From NCBI GenBank assembly GCA_024679065.1, contig JAGIQG010000020.1, positions 7,874,001 to 7,938,000 of the forward strand: 64,000 bases of DNA. Direction: 5' to 3'. This document shows, piece by piece, positions 62,606 through 64,000 of the stretch (position 1 is its first letter; every line of letters begins with the position of its first letter). The position numbers and the translations under genes were made by a program. The DNA comes from Sphyrna mokarran. Lineage: Eukaryota. Below the pieces are notes generated by a model. That model saw nothing but the letters and a program-made list of their open reading frames with translations, ran no database searches and had not been told where the DNA came from.

Positions 62606-63127
62606 ATGACTGGCTGGGTCCATGTGAACATAGTGTTCATTTTTGGCCTGGCATGTGGGTATTTAAAACGTAGAGAAAATAAGCGTTTTCGAAAAATGTT
62701 CCGGTGATTTTTCAAAAGGAAATCTTTTTTCATGATAATTTGAGTAGCTTAACTTTAACATTTGAAACCTGTTTTCTTTCAGTTTCTAACGCGGCGATTA
62801 CTGTTAGCCAACCGCCTTCGAAATCTATTTCTGTCGGAGGAACCGTCCAAATAAGTTGCACCTTGTCTGGCGCCAGTTTAGGAAGCACCTACATATCTTG
62901 GTACCAGCAGAAATCTGGAAATGCTCCCCGGTATCTGTTTTATCACTACATTGGAAGCAGCACTTACAAAGCCCCGGGAGTTCCAGACCGGTTTTCAGGT
63001 TCGGTATCCGGTAACACGGGAACTTTAAGTATCAGTCATGTTGAATCGGACGACATGGCGGACTATTACTGTGTTTTGTGGAAAAGCACGTGGAACTTCG
63101 GCAGCGGAACCAAGCTGAGTGTTGGCC
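62606..63127 (+). CDS. Immunoglobulin light chain, lambda-like, leader + germline-joined VJ exon; join(62606-62654, 62783-63127), C exon outside window
   Basis: Hydrophobic leader MTGWVHVNIVFIFGLA with a phase-1 intron. V domain has C, WYQQK, GVPDRFSGS and DYYC, followed directly by FGSGTKLSV and a C|GTGAGT donor. No RSS lies between V and J. Confidence 0.93.
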
Positions 63128-64000
63128 GTGAGTAAATGCTCTTCTGTTACATTGTTCAAAACTCGCTTCATGTTAACAGCAAAACAGTCACTGGTTATTT
63201 TATTTAGAATAAATTGCAACGTCCTTTTTACAACAGAACCATAAATTCAATTTAACTTACGCAAGACCATCTTGCAAACAACCTAAAACCCGCGTCTCCC
63301 AGTTCTATAGCGCTTTCTGATCTCTCTATCGGACTGCGTTGATTTGTCCTTCCTCAGGAAGAACAGCAAATAGGCGGGAAATCCCTGTACCATCAGATCA
63401 GCGAGATCAATAAAGCGCTTGAATCCTAATCTTGCCATCGAATGACCTTGCAGAGAAAGACAATATGTAGACTCCCCGGTACTGACAATAATAGTTATAT
63501 TGTTATATATCCTGCTTCTTAAAGATGTCATTAAAACGCAGCGCCTGTTTTTTTTTGGAAGTTAGTGCCTGTTGACACAGGTAAATAAGACCACGCGCTA
63601 TTTACTTGAATTGATTGACCCATATAAGTAGTCCATCAAATATAGCAAGAGAAATAGGAGTCAAAAACGGATGGCAAATTTAACTTGCAACGCCCTGCAC
63701 TCTGGGTTCCCTGTTAACTTTTTAGCTAGAATTATTGCACTGAATATACCGGATTTGAATTGAACTGAATATTGATTTAAACAGACAGTGCAGGATGATT
63801 GGCCACTCATGGGGAAATTCTTCCTCTTCGACATTGTTTAATTGTGGAGCACCCAATACAAACTTTGAGTTCACAAAGCCAATGCAAATAAGGCCTGTGT
63901 ACTTCGCTGCTGAAGCGTATGCGCGGTGGCAATTGAAATAACGAATCGCTGCCTGGTCTTCTGTGAATGAATTAGTGAATGAAACATGACCGAGTTTCAC

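Noticed and set aside
63084-63093. CACGTG at the V-J junction as a relic RSS heptamer
   Set aside because: It is not CACAGTG, has no spacer or nonamer, and is simply in-frame CDR3 sequence.

Overview
Cartilaginous-fish (shark-type) genomic DNA, inferred from HE1-like V-SINEs, CR1 LINEs and a germline-joined Ig light-chain gene. More than half of the window is transposon-derived (CR1 and L2 LINEs, tRNA-derived SINEs, Penelope-derived inverted elements with minimal hammerhead ribozyme cores). The non-repeat content is a three-member hes5-like cluster and, at the right end, an Ig light-chain gene. The cluster has one intact 3-exon bHLH-Orange-WRPW gene (35241-35957, minus) and two non-coding paralogues (about 470-1700 minus; about 16260-17520 plus). 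Both paralogues have lost the start codon and reading frame but keep the promoter motif series (E-box, CCAAT, RBPJ/CSL, TATA), both introns and a poly(A) signal. One paralogue carries a 16-nt site complementary to miR-9 (seed plus 3' region) that is absent from the homologous position of the coding gene. The best candidate for an undescribed system is therefore Notch-responsive, hes5-derived lncRNAs, one possibly acting as a miR-9 decoy. The light-chain gene has an octamer promoter, a leader exon and a pre-joined VJ exon; its C exon is outside the window. Repeat boundaries are approximate and family names come from recognition, not database search.
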